Source of the DNA: a virus
Length of the DNA stretch: 64,000 bases
Strand: one strand, 5' to 3'
IMG/VR virus record: IMGVR_UViG_3300032782_000005
Span: 1-64,000 of that record
Position numbers and translations under genes: made by a program. Below the pieces are notes generated by a model. It made no database searches. It was given only the letters and a program-made list of their open reading frames with translations, and had not been told where the DNA came from. Within the stretch, counting starts at the first letter, position 1. Each line of letters begins with the position of its first letter. Below are positions 9,034 through 18,945 of this stretch, one piece after another.

Positions 9034-10494
9034 ATGCCTGGCACGACTGGACTTGGGCCGCTTCCGGACACCGGGAAACTTCAATACAACGGCGTCACCT
9101 GGAGCGCGCTCTACAAGTCGAAACTGGACGGCAAGGTCGTCATCGACGCCTCCCAGCGCATCACGCGCTACATGCAATGGGAGCTTCAGGTTGACGGGAT
9201 TGTCACGCTGGAGCAGGGCCTTCCCAACACGGATCAGACGTGGGCATTCATCCGGAAGAGTCTAAGCGTCGATGGAGCCGATCTGGTTTACACCGGACAG
9301 GGATTCGGCGGGCTTCAGGTCGGTCCCGGTCAGCCGACTCAGGACGTTGCGTGGGGGCCGATCCCGGAAGTCCTGAGCTTCCAACCTTTGGGCCAAGCGA
9401 GGTCGGCCTTCATCGCGTGGCGGTGCGTCGTTCGGATTCCGGAGTTGTCCACGACTCCCAATACGGTCGTGCAGTTCAGTTACGAATCGGCGCTGAGTTA
9501 CGACGAGGAGGGCTACGCGACCGTATCTCTTCGGGGAACTCTGGAGATCGCCCTTGCGCGAGCCGGCCTGCCCGGCGCCGCCAACAACCGCGTCGTCACT
9601 CAAACCGTCGATAAATTCCGCCAGTTGTGGCTCGACATCGACTTCGATCTCACGAAGTACAAGATCGTGCGCCGCGAGTTTCCTATGACCAGGGACAAGC
9701 GAACTTGCGAGTGGGAATACCAGGCGACCGAGTTGGCCCCGTTCGGATTGCCTCTCGGACACACAGGAGCGCATGGCACGATGAGTTTTCGCCCGATCCG
9801 GCCGGGCGGAGGGCAACAGGGGAAGCTTCTGGCCGTGCCGCGGTGGGTCTGCTCGATGAAGTGTACTTATGCCGTGCGGTCGGACTTCCCCCGGAGAATG
9901 GCCCAATTCGCATTCCTGAGCCTCCTCTGGTATCGCATGTGGTCGTCGCTGAACGGGTCTTTTCCTGTCGGCAATCAGAACGACGTGAACGCCAACGCCA
10001 ATCTACGAGGATTGTTGCGACAGCCATTCAAGCAGGCTGCGGCGGGAGTGCCTGTTCCGGCGCTTCCAAACGTCCCCATCGGCACGGCCGGGGCGTTGAA
10101 GTTTTACCAGCAGTTGGCCGCCAACCAGAAGCAGGTCGCCACGGCGCTGATCCCGGTAATAGCGATCAACGCAGCCGCCAACCCGCTGGCGGGCGTGCTC
10201 ACCGCAACCGCCATGCTCATGGATTTCGGCTTCGACGAGGGGCTGTATGAGGACTCGAAGACGGTGACGTTTCAGGCGGCGTGGTCGTTCTTCAGCACAT
10301 TCGAGACGGTCATGCAGGCCTCTGGGGTCTGGAATTATTCCCAGGACGTGGGTGGGAATGTGTGGTCCACGTCGGTCAAGGATATCATGGGCTGGCGCGG
10401 GCCGTTAGCTGCGCAGATCGACCCCAGCGTCGAAGTCCTTGTTGACATGGGCGGCGGCGCTCCGCTAAGCGGACCCGTGATCGTGGCCGAATGA
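9034..10494 (+). CDS. Putative tail/baseplate protein
   Basis: Strong RBS; beta-rich; follows the tape-measure-like gene. Confidence 0.45.
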   Translation: MPGTTGLGPLPDTGKLQYNGVTWSALYKSKLDGKVVIDASQRITRYMQWELQVDGIVTLEQGLPNTDQTWAFIRKSLSVDGADLVYTGQGFGGLQVGPGQPTQDVAWGPIPEVLSFQPLGQARSAFIAWRCVVRIPELSTTPNTVVQFSYESALSYDEEGYATVSLRGTLEIALARAGLPGAANNRVVTQTVDKFRQLWLDIDFDLTKYKIVRREFPMTRDKRTCEWEYQATELAPFGLPLGHTGAHGTMSFRPIRPGGGQQGKLLAVPRWVCSMKCTYAVRSDFPRRMAQFAFLSLLWYRMWSSLNGSFPVGNQNDVNANANLRGLLRQPFKQAAAGVPVPALPNVPIGTAGALKFYQQLAANQKQVATALIPVIAINAAANPLAGVLTATAMLMDFGFDEGLYEDSKTVTFQAAWSFFSTFETVMQASGVWNYSQDVGGNVWSTSVKDIMGWRGPLAAQIDPSVEVLVDMGGGAPLSGPVIVAE

Positions 10495-10495
10495 C

Positions 10496-11209
10496 ATGGC
10501 GATACGCAATCCAGACGACGTTGACATCCAACCGCAGGACGGCCTGGGGCTGCCGTGGTTCATCCCTGCCGGGTCGGGGTGGTTGGGGAGAAGGGATCAC
10601 GTCGAAATCCTGCTCGACCCCGGCTCAGCCCTGCACAAGACGTTGCCCCAAAGCGACCAGCCGTGGGACACATTGGCGACGCAATTTGTCGAGGGGTATG
10701 GGTTCGTCAATCCGGGCGCAGGGCAGGCTGGAGGTGCTGCCGATGCGGATGCAGTGATCGCCTCCGGCGGCGTCAACCTGAACAGCCAGTCCACGGGATA
10801 CGACACGATCCAGCGGATGGCGACCTCGACCTACCGATTCGTCTTGCGAGGCGAGGCGTGGAGGGTGGGGTATCAGGTTCCCGTTCCCGGCCTCCTGAGC
10901 GTCGGAGGGCAAACGGCTGTCCCGACCTTCCCGCAGTGGAGTTCGGGCAACGTGATCGTGGGCAACCTGCCGGGGCAGATTCCTATATTTTACTGCGCCT
11001 GGGAGCTTCACTACATCGTGGCCGGTCCGTTGAAGGGAAGCGCGCCAATCGTCCCGAATGCGGCCATGCGGATTCGCGCCGACCAGACGTTGCCGGATAT
11101 GGTGCAGGTTCCGTTCGCTCCCGCGGATGCGAACGCTGGCGTCTCGGCGGGAGGCGCTGCCGGCGGCGGCGGACCCAAATTGCCGTTTTTCAAGCGGAGG
11201 GGAAAGTGA
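10496..11209 (+). CDS. Putative virion protein
   Basis: Tightly packed in the structural operon. Confidence 0.45.
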   Translation: MAIRNPDDVDIQPQDGLGLPWFIPAGSGWLGRRDHVEILLDPGSALHKTLPQSDQPWDTLATQFVEGYGFVNPGAGQAGGAADADAVIASGGVNLNSQSTGYDTIQRMATSTYRFVLRGEAWRVGYQVPVPGLLSVGGQTAVPTFPQWSSGNVIVGNLPGQIPIFYCAWELHYIVAGPLKGSAPIVPNAAMRIRADQTLPDMVQVPFAPADANAGVSAGGAAGGGGPKLPFFKRRGK

Positions 11210-12723
11210 ACGAGACTCTGGAACCCACCATCGCCGACCCCCGCTTCTACGTCCCGCGCGAGGACGTGCTGGAGAAGTTGACGCACGCGCTCACGGACGG
11301 TTACAAGCCCACAATCCCCCTCTGGGCGCTGGGTCACGAAAACGAGCCCATGCCCCAATTGTTCCTGTTCCGGGACGTGGAAAGGATGATGATCCACGGT
11401 CATGTCCGGAACTGCTTGGAAATCTACGAGTCGGGGATCGCAGGCGCAGAATTCTGGGGCGGCCCGAATCCTGACATGCCAGACGACCCGGTGGGCCTGC
11501 CGATCTCGGACAACCCGGAAGTCTCGCGCTTCGTCATGTCGCAGGTAAACCGCTTCTGGGACCGTGGCGTCCCCAAGCTTCAGAAGGCTTACCCCTACGG
11601 CTGGATCGGCTGCGAGGCGATGTACGCCCTCGATCAGCAGAATCAACCAGAGTGGGACGATCTGATCGACTTCTCCCCGTGGGACACGTTCATGCTCCTG
11701 ATTGGGGAAAAGCCGGTCGGCGTGCGCGTCAAGCAGGTTCAGTCCCCCGGCGACAAGAAGGATCACGGGGAAGTCAACCTGTGGCTGGCGACGAAGGACG
11801 TTCCGGCAAAAGGAATCTGGTACGCGCATAATCCTCGTTACAACCAGTTCTACGGCCAGAGCCAACTGATCGGGGCGTGGCGCGACTGGAGGCGTCTGGC
11901 GACAAAGGGCGCGGCTGAGACCGTTCTGGACGGAGGGTTCTTCCGACTGGGTTACTGCGCCCCCTTGATCCGTTACCCCAACGAGGACCTTCAGGTCGCT
12001 CAGGCGGTGCCGGGGACCGCCCCGGACTCGCAGGGGCGTCCCCGCCGACCGGCGCGTGATATGGCCCGCATGATAAGCGAGCAGATGCAGGCCGGGGCGG
12101 GGATGGGTATGCCCTCCGATTGTTACGCGCCCGGAACCGGCGGGGAGGGAAAATACAAGTGGGATGCTCAGGAATGGCGCGGCGAATTCGACGGGAGCCA
12201 CATCATCGCCTACTGCGAGCACCTGCACAAGCAGATCGCCAAGGGCATCGGCACGCCATACGAACTCATCGAGGAGACTCAGAGCGGCGGTTCGGGTGGA
12301 GGTTTTTCCGGCAAGATCGTCCCGGTCGAGGCGTTCCTGACCAAGCAGCAAAGGATCGCCGACGCCATGCTCATGCTGTTCATCAAGCAAATCCTTGGCC
12401 CGCTGGTTCAGTGGCGATGGCCGGGCTCGACGTTCAAGGTCGAAGTGAAGAGCCTTCTCCAAACGAAGCGCAAGCAGCAGGCCGGCGGCGACATCTCGAA
12501 CAAGCCAGGCGTGGACCCGAACATGCCGGCGCCGATGCCAGGGACGCATCAGGGCGACTCACACCATCCCTTGCAGGGCCAGAACCCGCCTCCAGGCCAG
12601 ATGGATCAAGGTTTCGCGCCATCCTCGCCGACGCGGGAACTTCCCTTCAGCCTCAACGCGGCGCGTGAGGATCGCGTTGCCAAACTGGCCGCGCTGATCC
12701 GAAGCATAGGGAGGGCAGCGTGA
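11206..12723 (+). CDS. Portal protein (Mu gp29/DUF935-like)
   Basis: About 505 aa; D.E.M..H.HV..CL, A..YGW..CE..Y, N.FYGQS.L..A...W motifs; adjacent to MuF; GTG start with GGAGG. Confidence 0.7.
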   Translation: MNETLEPTIADPRFYVPREDVLEKLTHALTDGYKPTIPLWALGHENEPMPQLFLFRDVERMMIHGHVRNCLEIYESGIAGAEFWGGPNPDMPDDPVGLPISDNPEVSRFVMSQVNRFWDRGVPKLQKAYPYGWIGCEAMYALDQQNQPEWDDLIDFSPWDTFMLLIGEKPVGVRVKQVQSPGDKKDHGEVNLWLATKDVPAKGIWYAHNPRYNQFYGQSQLIGAWRDWRRLATKGAAETVLDGGFFRLGYCAPLIRYPNEDLQVAQAVPGTAPDSQGRPRRPARDMARMISEQMQAGAGMGMPSDCYAPGTGGEGKYKWDAQEWRGEFDGSHIIAYCEHLHKQIAKGIGTPYELIEETQSGGSGGGFSGKIVPVEAFLTKQQRIADAMLMLFIKQILGPLVQWRWPGSTFKVEVKSLLQTKRKQQAGGDISNKPGVDPNMPAPMPGTHQGDSHHPLQGQNPPPGQMDQGFAPSSPTRELPFSLNAAREDRVAKLAALIRSIGRAA

Positions 12724-15230
12724 ACGACTGGCGCACGCAAGGACTGGAATTCGCCGCGCTCCTCTCTCGCGCTGTGCCTCACGCCGAGTCGCTGGAAGAG
12801 GCCGTCGCCGCCGTGGACATGGCGATGGCCAAAAACGGACAAAAGTTGGAGGAAGAAATTCCTACTGGTAATTTTACCAGTAGGCCGCCGTCTGACGTAA
12901 GCCTCGACGCATTCTTCTCTTACGACATTTTCTCCCGTCGCGCCCAGGGCGTTTTGAACCGCGCCATGGCCGCGATGAACGACCTTTCCGCCTCGGCCAG
13001 ACGGGAATTGAAGGCCGCCATCGGCAAGGAAACGCCTGCGGAGATCGGGCAGGCAGTCATTTCGTTCATTCGGCACTATCGCGGTCAACTTGCTGAACTA
13101 TTGGGCGCGACCAACCTGTCTGCCCTTCTGGCAGGGGCGCGGGAAGTGGCCGATAAATTGCCCCCTGTGCCGCTTCCGGGGCTGGGCAAGCCTCCGCCCC
13201 CATCTTTGCCTCCAGACGCGGCAGCGGGCCTCCTGGCGAAACTGGAGGCCATGCCGGAGATGGAGCGCGCGAAGGAGGTCTACAACCTGCCGGCGGATCA
13301 ACAGGAATGGGCCAAGCAGGCGCTGGCCGTCGGTACAGGTCCGCCCATGCCGCCGTTCACTCCGCCCTCGCCTCCGGCGGATTCTCCGGGCGCAATTCAC
13401 TTCCCAACCATCGAGGAGGCCGTCAAGGACTTGTCCGCTCGGAACGTCGTCTCGCGCGACCAGTACGACCGACTGGACGCAGCCGCGAGGCAGAAGGCGT
13501 TCACCGTTGCAGGAGTTGAATCTCAGGAGACGCTGACGAAGATCAGGGACGCCCTGGCCGAGGTCGTCGCCGAGGGCGCGGACGTGGAGGCGTTCCGGCG
13601 GAAGGTCATGGAGAGGGTCGAGCCGAACACTTTCATGAGTCCGGCTCACATGGACGTGGTTGCCAGAAGCAACATCCAGGCGGCGTTCTCGGACGGGCAG
13701 ATGGCAGTCCTGAATACGCCGTTCGTCCGAAGCGGCTTCCCGTACACGATGTACCATGCGATCCACGACGACCGCGTGCGGCACGACCATTTGGAACTGG
13801 AAAAACTCGGCATCCAAGGAACGAATATCTACCGGATTGACGATCCCGTTTTCCAGACGTTCCGCCCGCCTTGGGATTACAACGATAGATGTGGCTTCAC
13901 GCCGATGAGCGTGAAGTTCGCGGCGGAGAAGGGAATTGATGAGGCGAAGCGTTGGCTCGAAACGAACGTCGAGCCCTCCCCTCCCGCCTTCGTCTCCTGG
14001 CCATCTTTCCGCCCCCCGCCCGAGTTCCAGCGCGCCCTGGCCGGCGCGCCCCTGTCGATCCGGCTGTCGTTGCAGCCGATGGAGATCGACCTAGACGATC
14101 TCCGGGATATTGAACTGGCCGTCGGGGACTGGTCCCCACATCACGGAGACAAGGGAGGCGTCGGCTGGAAGAACAGCGCCACGGGAGAAATCCGTTACCA
14201 GAAGAACCGCCCCGGTACGCGAGGAGAGGGCGAGCAGCCAGGCGGAGCGAGGGTCTTTCGCCCGCACGATTACATCAACGCCATCCATCAGCACGTCCAG
14301 TCCGGGGACAAGACGCGGGCTCACAAGTCATGGCAGTCGGTGCCGAGGGAGCAACGTGCCAAGGTCGCGGCCGGGTTATCGTCGGAGGCAAAGAGCGCGA
14401 TCAGGGAAGCGGCTGGAGGAGCGAAGCCGGCTCCAAAGCCACAGCCGGCGCCACAACCGAAAGCTGCGCCACCGCCGGCCCCAAAACCAACTCCGCCGCC
14501 TTCACCACCATCCGCGCCGCCTCCGCAACAGGCGCCACAACCAGGATCGCCTGAGCGGATCAACGAGGCCGTGGCGGCTTCTGGCCTATCTCCGAAGGCA
14601 TCGGAATCGTTGCGCGGCGTGGCAGCGGCCTTGGCGGCGTCGAAGCACCTGACGCCAGAGCAGAGGAATCATTACTATTCAGCAGCGAAATCCGTGCTGT
14701 CCAGAATGACGCCGGCCGCCATAAACCGCTTCAGGGAAGGGGTGAAGCAGGTTGAATTCCATCCAAATTTAGATACTCTTACGGCGTCTTTTACGAAGGT
14801 ATCTGGAAAATCTGTTGAGGGGACTGTTTTAGGTTTTTACGCATGGAAAACACAAATGCTGTCATTGGATGGCGGCAAAGATGTCCAGATGCGAGCAGAA
14901 GACGTGGTGCCAATGACTGGAGAAACGCATCAGACTTATGCTCATGAATTCGGACATGTCATCGACGGACCGCAAGAGGAATACAGCAGCTCAGTTGATT
15001 GGAGGGCGGCATGGTTGCTGGAACTGGTCGCCCCTTCTGCGCCTGAACGCAACATTCTCACCGGGTACGCCACGACGCATCCGGCGGAAGGATTCGCCGA
15101 ATTCAGCCGTTTGCTTCATGGCATTGGCGAGAGGCCGATGAACGCAGCCGAATTGAACGTTGTGGAGTCCGCATTCCCGAGTTGCAGCGCCTTCTGGAAA
15201 GCGAAGGGATTATGGCCGAGCCCCCAGTAA
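12720..15230 (+). CDS. MuF/SPP1 gp7 head morphogenesis protein fused to a C-terminal HExxH metallopeptidase
   Basis: AFTVAG, RSNIQAAFSDG, YHAIHDDRVRHDH, PPWDYNDRC; Pro-rich linker; HEFGH...YATTHPAEGFAE. Confidence 0.85.
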   Translation: MNDWRTQGLEFAALLSRAVPHAESLEEAVAAVDMAMAKNGQKLEEEIPTGNFTSRPPSDVSLDAFFSYDIFSRRAQGVLNRAMAAMNDLSASARRELKAAIGKETPAEIGQAVISFIRHYRGQLAELLGATNLSALLAGAREVADKLPPVPLPGLGKPPPPSLPPDAAAGLLAKLEAMPEMERAKEVYNLPADQQEWAKQALAVGTGPPMPPFTPPSPPADSPGAIHFPTIEEAVKDLSARNVVSRDQYDRLDAAARQKAFTVAGVESQETLTKIRDALAEVVAEGADVEAFRRKVMERVEPNTFMSPAHMDVVARSNIQAAFSDGQMAVLNTPFVRSGFPYTMYHAIHDDRVRHDHLELEKLGIQGTNIYRIDDPVFQTFRPPWDYNDRCGFTPMSVKFAAEKGIDEAKRWLETNVEPSPPAFVSWPSFRPPPEFQRALAGAPLSIRLSLQPMEIDLDDLRDIELAVGDWSPHHGDKGGVGWKNSATGEIRYQKNRPGTRGEGEQPGGARVFRPHDYINAIHQHVQSGDKTRAHKSWQSVPREQRAKVAAGLSSEAKSAIREAAGGAKPAPKPQPAPQPKAAPPPAPKPTPPPSPPSAPPPQQAPQPGSPERINEAVAASGLSPKASESLRGVAAALAASKHLTPEQRNHYYSAAKSVLSRMTPAAINRFREGVKQVEFHPNLDTLTASFTKVSGKSVEGTVLGFYAWKTQMLSLDGGKDVQMRAEDVVPMTGETHQTYAHEFGHVIDGPQEEYSSSVDWRAAWLLELVAPSAPERNILTGYATTHPAEGFAEFSRLLHGIGERPMNAAELNVVESAFPSCSAFWKAKGLWPSPQ
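12862..12883. repeat. 22-bp palindrome copy 2 (exact), inside MuF CDS
   Basis: CTACTGGTAATTTTACCAGTAG. Confidence 0.95.
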
Positions 15231-15526
15231 AGCGACGCCAGATGCTTCAGGAGTTGTTCTCCCGCCGCGTGGAGATTCCCGGCGGCGGCCATGCCGACAT
15301 CGGCTTGGAGTCTCCTGCCGCATCCTTCTCCATCGCCGAACCCGGCGGCAAGGACAAGGACCCCGACCCCGATGAGGCTGATGGCGTCGAATGCGCCATT
15401 TGCGGCAAGACGAAATGCGATCACTGGAAGGACGACGACCTCCCGAAAAAGCCGGACCCAGTGGACGAAGAACTATGGAAACAATGTGTCGCCTGCGCCA
15501 AAACGCCGGCGTCTACGAGCGGCTGA
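15212..15526 (+). CDS. Small acidic Cys-containing protein after the MuF fusion (possible immunity protein)
   Basis: Overlaps the MuF stop; function inferred from position only. Confidence 0.45.
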   Translation: MAEPPVKRRQMLQELFSRRVEIPGGGHADIGLESPAASFSIAEPGGKDKDPDPDEADGVECAICGKTKCDHWKDDDLPKKPDPVDEELWKQCVACAKTPASTSG

Positions 15527-15573
15527 CTTTAGCTGCAACCCCGGATCACCCCGTTCATTTTAGGAGCCTGAAA

Positions 15574-16036
15574 ATGTCCGAACAGATCATCCCTGCGGAT
15601 GTGGAAAAGACGCTCATAGGCAAGGTGGACGGCAAGAGCGTCTTCCTTGTGGACGGGGACGAGATCAAAGTAAAATACGAAATGGACTATCTTTGAAGGC
15701 GGCAATGGCTACCGCTATCCATTCATCCCCAAGGACGAAATCTGGATTGATGGGGTGGAAGTCCAGTCGCAGGACATCGCCTTCATCATCTACCACGAAG
15801 CCTACGAGTCGCGGCTGATAAAGCAGGGCCTCAGTTACGACGATGCCCACAAGCGGGCCAACGGCGTCGAGCGGCAGTTGCGGCTGCGGCAGTTGCGGCA
15901 GCGCGAGGAAGAAGCCTCCGAATACGCCTACGGCACCGAGCCTCCCTCGTCCGGCTGGGAGTGCGTCGGCGAAATGAAATGGCGGCGCACGGGCAAAAGG
16001 ATACAATCGGACGGGACACACGGAGAAAAAACATGA
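15574..16036 (+). CDS. Gene split by a +1 frameshift at CTT-TGA (HExxE-type metal-binding protein); recoded or pseudogene
   Basis: AGGAG RBS; ...VFLVDGDEIKVKYEMDYL* continues in +1 frame as EGGNGYRYPFIPKDEIWID...HEAYE...AH. Confidence 0.7.
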
Positions 16037-16479
16037 CGGCAGTTGCAGAAGTCGAGACGAAGTTCGAGCGGCAACAGGACGGCTCCCTGATCTACAAGCG
16101 CGAGCCCAAGCCCACCGACCCCTCGATCCTCCGCACGGCCCAAAACAACGTCCACATCTTCGAGCGCATCTGCACCAAGCCGCGCCAGACCGGAACGGAC
16201 CCAATGACGCTGGCCGTGCGCATGGCGCCAGGCGTGCCCCGCGAAGAGGCGGAGAAGATGCTTCTCGAACGGATCGAGTCGGCCAAGGCCAAGTACGGCA
16301 AGCTTGTCATCGACGCAGACACCGGCGAGGAGCGCTGCGTCGAGCCGGCCGTCCTGACCTTCGCGCGCGTGGGTCTGAAGGAAGGCTGGGTGATCGCCGA
16401 GTCGGTCTACGCCTCCAGGCAAAAGCCGCTGGAGATTCACGCCGTCGTTCACGCGGACGGGTCCGTCGAGGGGTACTGA
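16033..16479 (+). CDS. Hypothetical protein
   Basis: GGAG RBS; ATGA coupling. Confidence 0.6.
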   Translation: MTAVAEVETKFERQQDGSLIYKREPKPTDPSILRTAQNNVHIFERICTKPRQTGTDPMTLAVRMAPGVPREEAEKMLLERIESAKAKYGKLVIDADTGEERCVEPAVLTFARVGLKEGWVIAESVYASRQKPLEIHAVVHADGSVEGY

Positions 16480-16766
16480 TGGTCTTCTACGACAGGGCGA
16501 CGCGCGTGGTCATGAACGACCACGGCGGCCTCACCCTTCATTTCGACGGCTTCCAGATCAGCAACACCATCGGCGGCGAGTGGTGCATGAGCCGCCCTGA
16601 AGGCAATCGCTGGGTCGAGCAGACGTACCACAAGAGCATCATGGAAGCCTTCTGGGCCGGTATGAAGTGGCCTGAAAATGTTCCGCCCGACCAGTTCATC
16701 ATCGAGCCTCCATGCCAACCAACGCGCTCTTCCAGGCGTACCAACAAGGCGTGCAGGCGGCCGTAA
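16479..16766 (+). CDS. Hypothetical protein
   Basis: TGATG coupling. Confidence 0.5.
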   Translation: MVFYDRATRVVMNDHGGLTLHFDGFQISNTIGGEWCMSRPEGNRWVEQTYHKSIMEAFWAGMKWPENVPPDQFIIEPPCQPTRSSRRTNKACRRP

Positions 16767-17971
16767 CCTTGCCCCTGCAAGACCCGATCCCCGAACGCGC
16801 CAACAGGATTCGCTTCGGACGGGAGAGGGCGCACAGGCTCGAACTGGCGAACTCGCTCTACTGCCCCGCCGGAAGATGGCCGTCACGAGGCTACGTTCTC
16901 GTCCTTCGCAGCGACCTCAACAACGTCCAGAACAAGTACGCCACGAATTTCCAGTTGAACTTCACCGATGTTAAGACCGGAACCTCCCTTACCTTCCAGA
17001 ACCTCTCGATCATCCATGCCTGGTGCGTCAGCCGGGGGAACACCGCCGATCCGGATGCGGTATACCTCGTTGAGTTGACAGACAACCGTGGAATCCTCTG
17101 GTCGCCGTGGTTTCAGTTCCCCACGACAAGTCAATACAACATCGTCGCGCCGGCGTATCCGGGGCAGTATTACTCAGGGTCGATGAACGCGGGAGTTCCG
17201 TGGGACTGGAACGGGATGGTCGGGGACCTGTGGGGCCAGATGGGGACGTTTCTGGGAACTTTTCCGGGGTTGCCTTCGTTTCCCACTGCCACACCGGAAG
17301 GGTTCAGTTTCCCCGGCGTCGGCGCGTGGGACGCCCTGAACCGAATCCTCGAACTGACCGGGATGCAGGTCTCCGCGGATCACACCAACTCCCCTCAGTA
17401 CGGGATCGTCGTCGTCGGCGCGACCGATGCTGCCTTTGCAGGCTTGCAGGCCAAGTACGAGGGGGACGCGATCGAGGACGATTACGAGTACATCGACCTC
17501 GGCGCGGGGCGCGTTCCCGGCAATATCATCGTTCTTTTCCACCGCAGGAATGAATACTACGGGACCGAGGAGACGGTTCGCAGAGACAGCCTCCAGTGGT
17601 GGACGACGCCCTTTCATCAGGAGACGATCACCGCGACGCAGGCCGGTTTCTCTCAATTCGCTTCCGCCCCAGGAACGGAGTATATTTGGGACGACTTCAC
17701 GGTCCGGTTCGACATCGACGGGAATGCCTTGGCGGCTGACGTGGCGCAAGCGAACGCGATAGCGATCCAGAGAGCCGGCCAGTATTACCAGAGGGTCTAC
17801 CGCGGCACGTTCGGTTATCTGCGGCAGGTTTACACGGGCGTCCTTCCATTCATCACCGGCTCGATGGTGGACGGAATAAGGTGGGCGCAGGCTCGGACGG
17901 GGCAAGGGTTCACGACGACAATCACTCGAGGCCCCCAACCGCCGTTCGGGGAGTTGTGGGATGGATCGTGA
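16712..17971 (+). CDS. Putative tail/baseplate hub protein
   Basis: 419 aa, high GC3; YLVELTDNRG pattern; structural context. Confidence 0.5.
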   Translation: MPTNALFQAYQQGVQAAVTLPLQDPIPERANRIRFGRERAHRLELANSLYCPAGRWPSRGYVLVLRSDLNNVQNKYATNFQLNFTDVKTGTSLTFQNLSIIHAWCVSRGNTADPDAVYLVELTDNRGILWSPWFQFPTTSQYNIVAPAYPGQYYSGSMNAGVPWDWNGMVGDLWGQMGTFLGTFPGLPSFPTATPEGFSFPGVGAWDALNRILELTGMQVSADHTNSPQYGIVVVGATDAAFAGLQAKYEGDAIEDDYEYIDLGAGRVPGNIIVLFHRRNEYYGTEETVRRDSLQWWTTPFHQETITATQAGFSQFASAPGTEYIWDDFTVRFDIDGNALAADVAQANAIAIQRAGQYYQRVYRGTFGYLRQVYTGVLPFITGSMVDGIRWAQARTGQGFTTTITRGPQPPFGELWDGS

Positions 17972-18938
17972 CTCGACCAATCTTCAGGCGCCGCGTCTTG
18001 GGCCAACCGCCCCCCTGTATCCGGAGCTTCCCCAACTCTGCGAGGTCAGCGGACCCGTCACCGTCAACAACATCTATCCGGGGTTCGTTCAGCAGTTCTC
18101 ACCGGCCCTGGTTCTGAGACGCCGCGAGGCGTGCTGGGTCCACGAGCCAAACGGACTGCAACTTTATCCCATTCCCGGTCTCTCGCGCCCCGTCTACGAC
18201 TGCCGACTTGTCTCCTCGTATCATGGCCTCCCTCTTTACGTTGCGACCTGTTGCCCGACGCAGGGATTTTCGTCGGCTTCCTCATCCAGTTCCGCCGCGC
18301 CGGTCGCGCGAGCGTCGCTGGGAAAAACTCAAGGAGGCTACCCCGTCCCCGTCTCAACGCTGACGCTTTCCTCACTCACGATCCCCAGCAATTCCCTCCT
18401 CGTCGCCGTCGCAAGCGTCGTCGGCAGCGCCGGTCTGGTCGGATCAGTGCGCTGGGGGCCATACACGCTGGGCGTCGATGCGGAGGCGATCCTGCCCGGC
18501 GCTGCGTCATTGGCCGGCAGTCTGGCGATCCTGTCCGCGACGATTGATTCTGGCGGGACGAACGATCTGGTTCTGACCTCAACGCTGCCCGGCGCGTTGA
18601 CTCTTCAGGCCATGCGCGTCTCCGGCCTTTACGACGACGTGCCGGATCAGTCGGCTTCGGCGACTGGCGTGGCCTCAGCGCCGGATTCCGGCTCGACTGG
18701 AAACACGACCGCCGTTCCCGAATATGTCCAGGGCGCGTTCCTGATGCTCACACCGCCCTCGTGGTCGTGGCTGAATGGGTTTCTGTCCGGCGGGCAGGAT
18801 TTGAGCCAGACCGTGCAGGGCGTCTCGGTCTCGGTCACAGAAGGGTGGAAGCAATTGGCGGCGCTTCAGGCGGTCGATGCCGCGCTGGGCGGCGGGAACG
18901 CGGCGGCGTGGGCCGGGGCTTGCGTCACCTATTTCTGA
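17961..18938 (+). CDS. Virion adhesin-like protein A: shared N-terminal domain, Ser linker, beta domain
   Basis: First ~100 aa are paralogous to the next gene. Confidence 0.6.
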   Translation: MDRDSTNLQAPRLGPTAPLYPELPQLCEVSGPVTVNNIYPGFVQQFSPALVLRRREACWVHEPNGLQLYPIPGLSRPVYDCRLVSSYHGLPLYVATCCPTQGFSSASSSSSAAPVARASLGKTQGGYPVPVSTLTLSSLTIPSNSLLVAVASVVGSAGLVGSVRWGPYTLGVDAEAILPGAASLAGSLAILSATIDSGGTNDLVLTSTLPGALTLQAMRVSGLYDDVPDQSASATGVASAPDSGSTGNTTAVPEYVQGAFLMLTPPSWSWLNGFLSGGQDLSQTVQGVSVSVTEGWKQLAALQAVDAALGGGNAAAWAGACVTYF

Positions 18939-18945
18939 GGTTGCG

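Noticed and set aside
10092-10113. Possible eighth palindrome copy (GGCGTTGAAGTTTTACCAGCAG)
   Set aside because: Only the right half matches (8 mismatches) and there is no dyad symmetry.
10555-11205. N-terminal extension of the portal ORF (similarly 26131, 27800, 45388, 47391, 6425)
   Set aside because: Overlaps real upstream genes or RNA elements; downstream starts have an RBS and/or stop-start coupling.
11011-12549. Long antisense ORFs (also 24584..25768, 31208..32338, 35280..36518, 54926..56242, 44469..45662)
   Set aside because: Typical high-GC shadows of well-supported + strand genes; no recognisable motifs.
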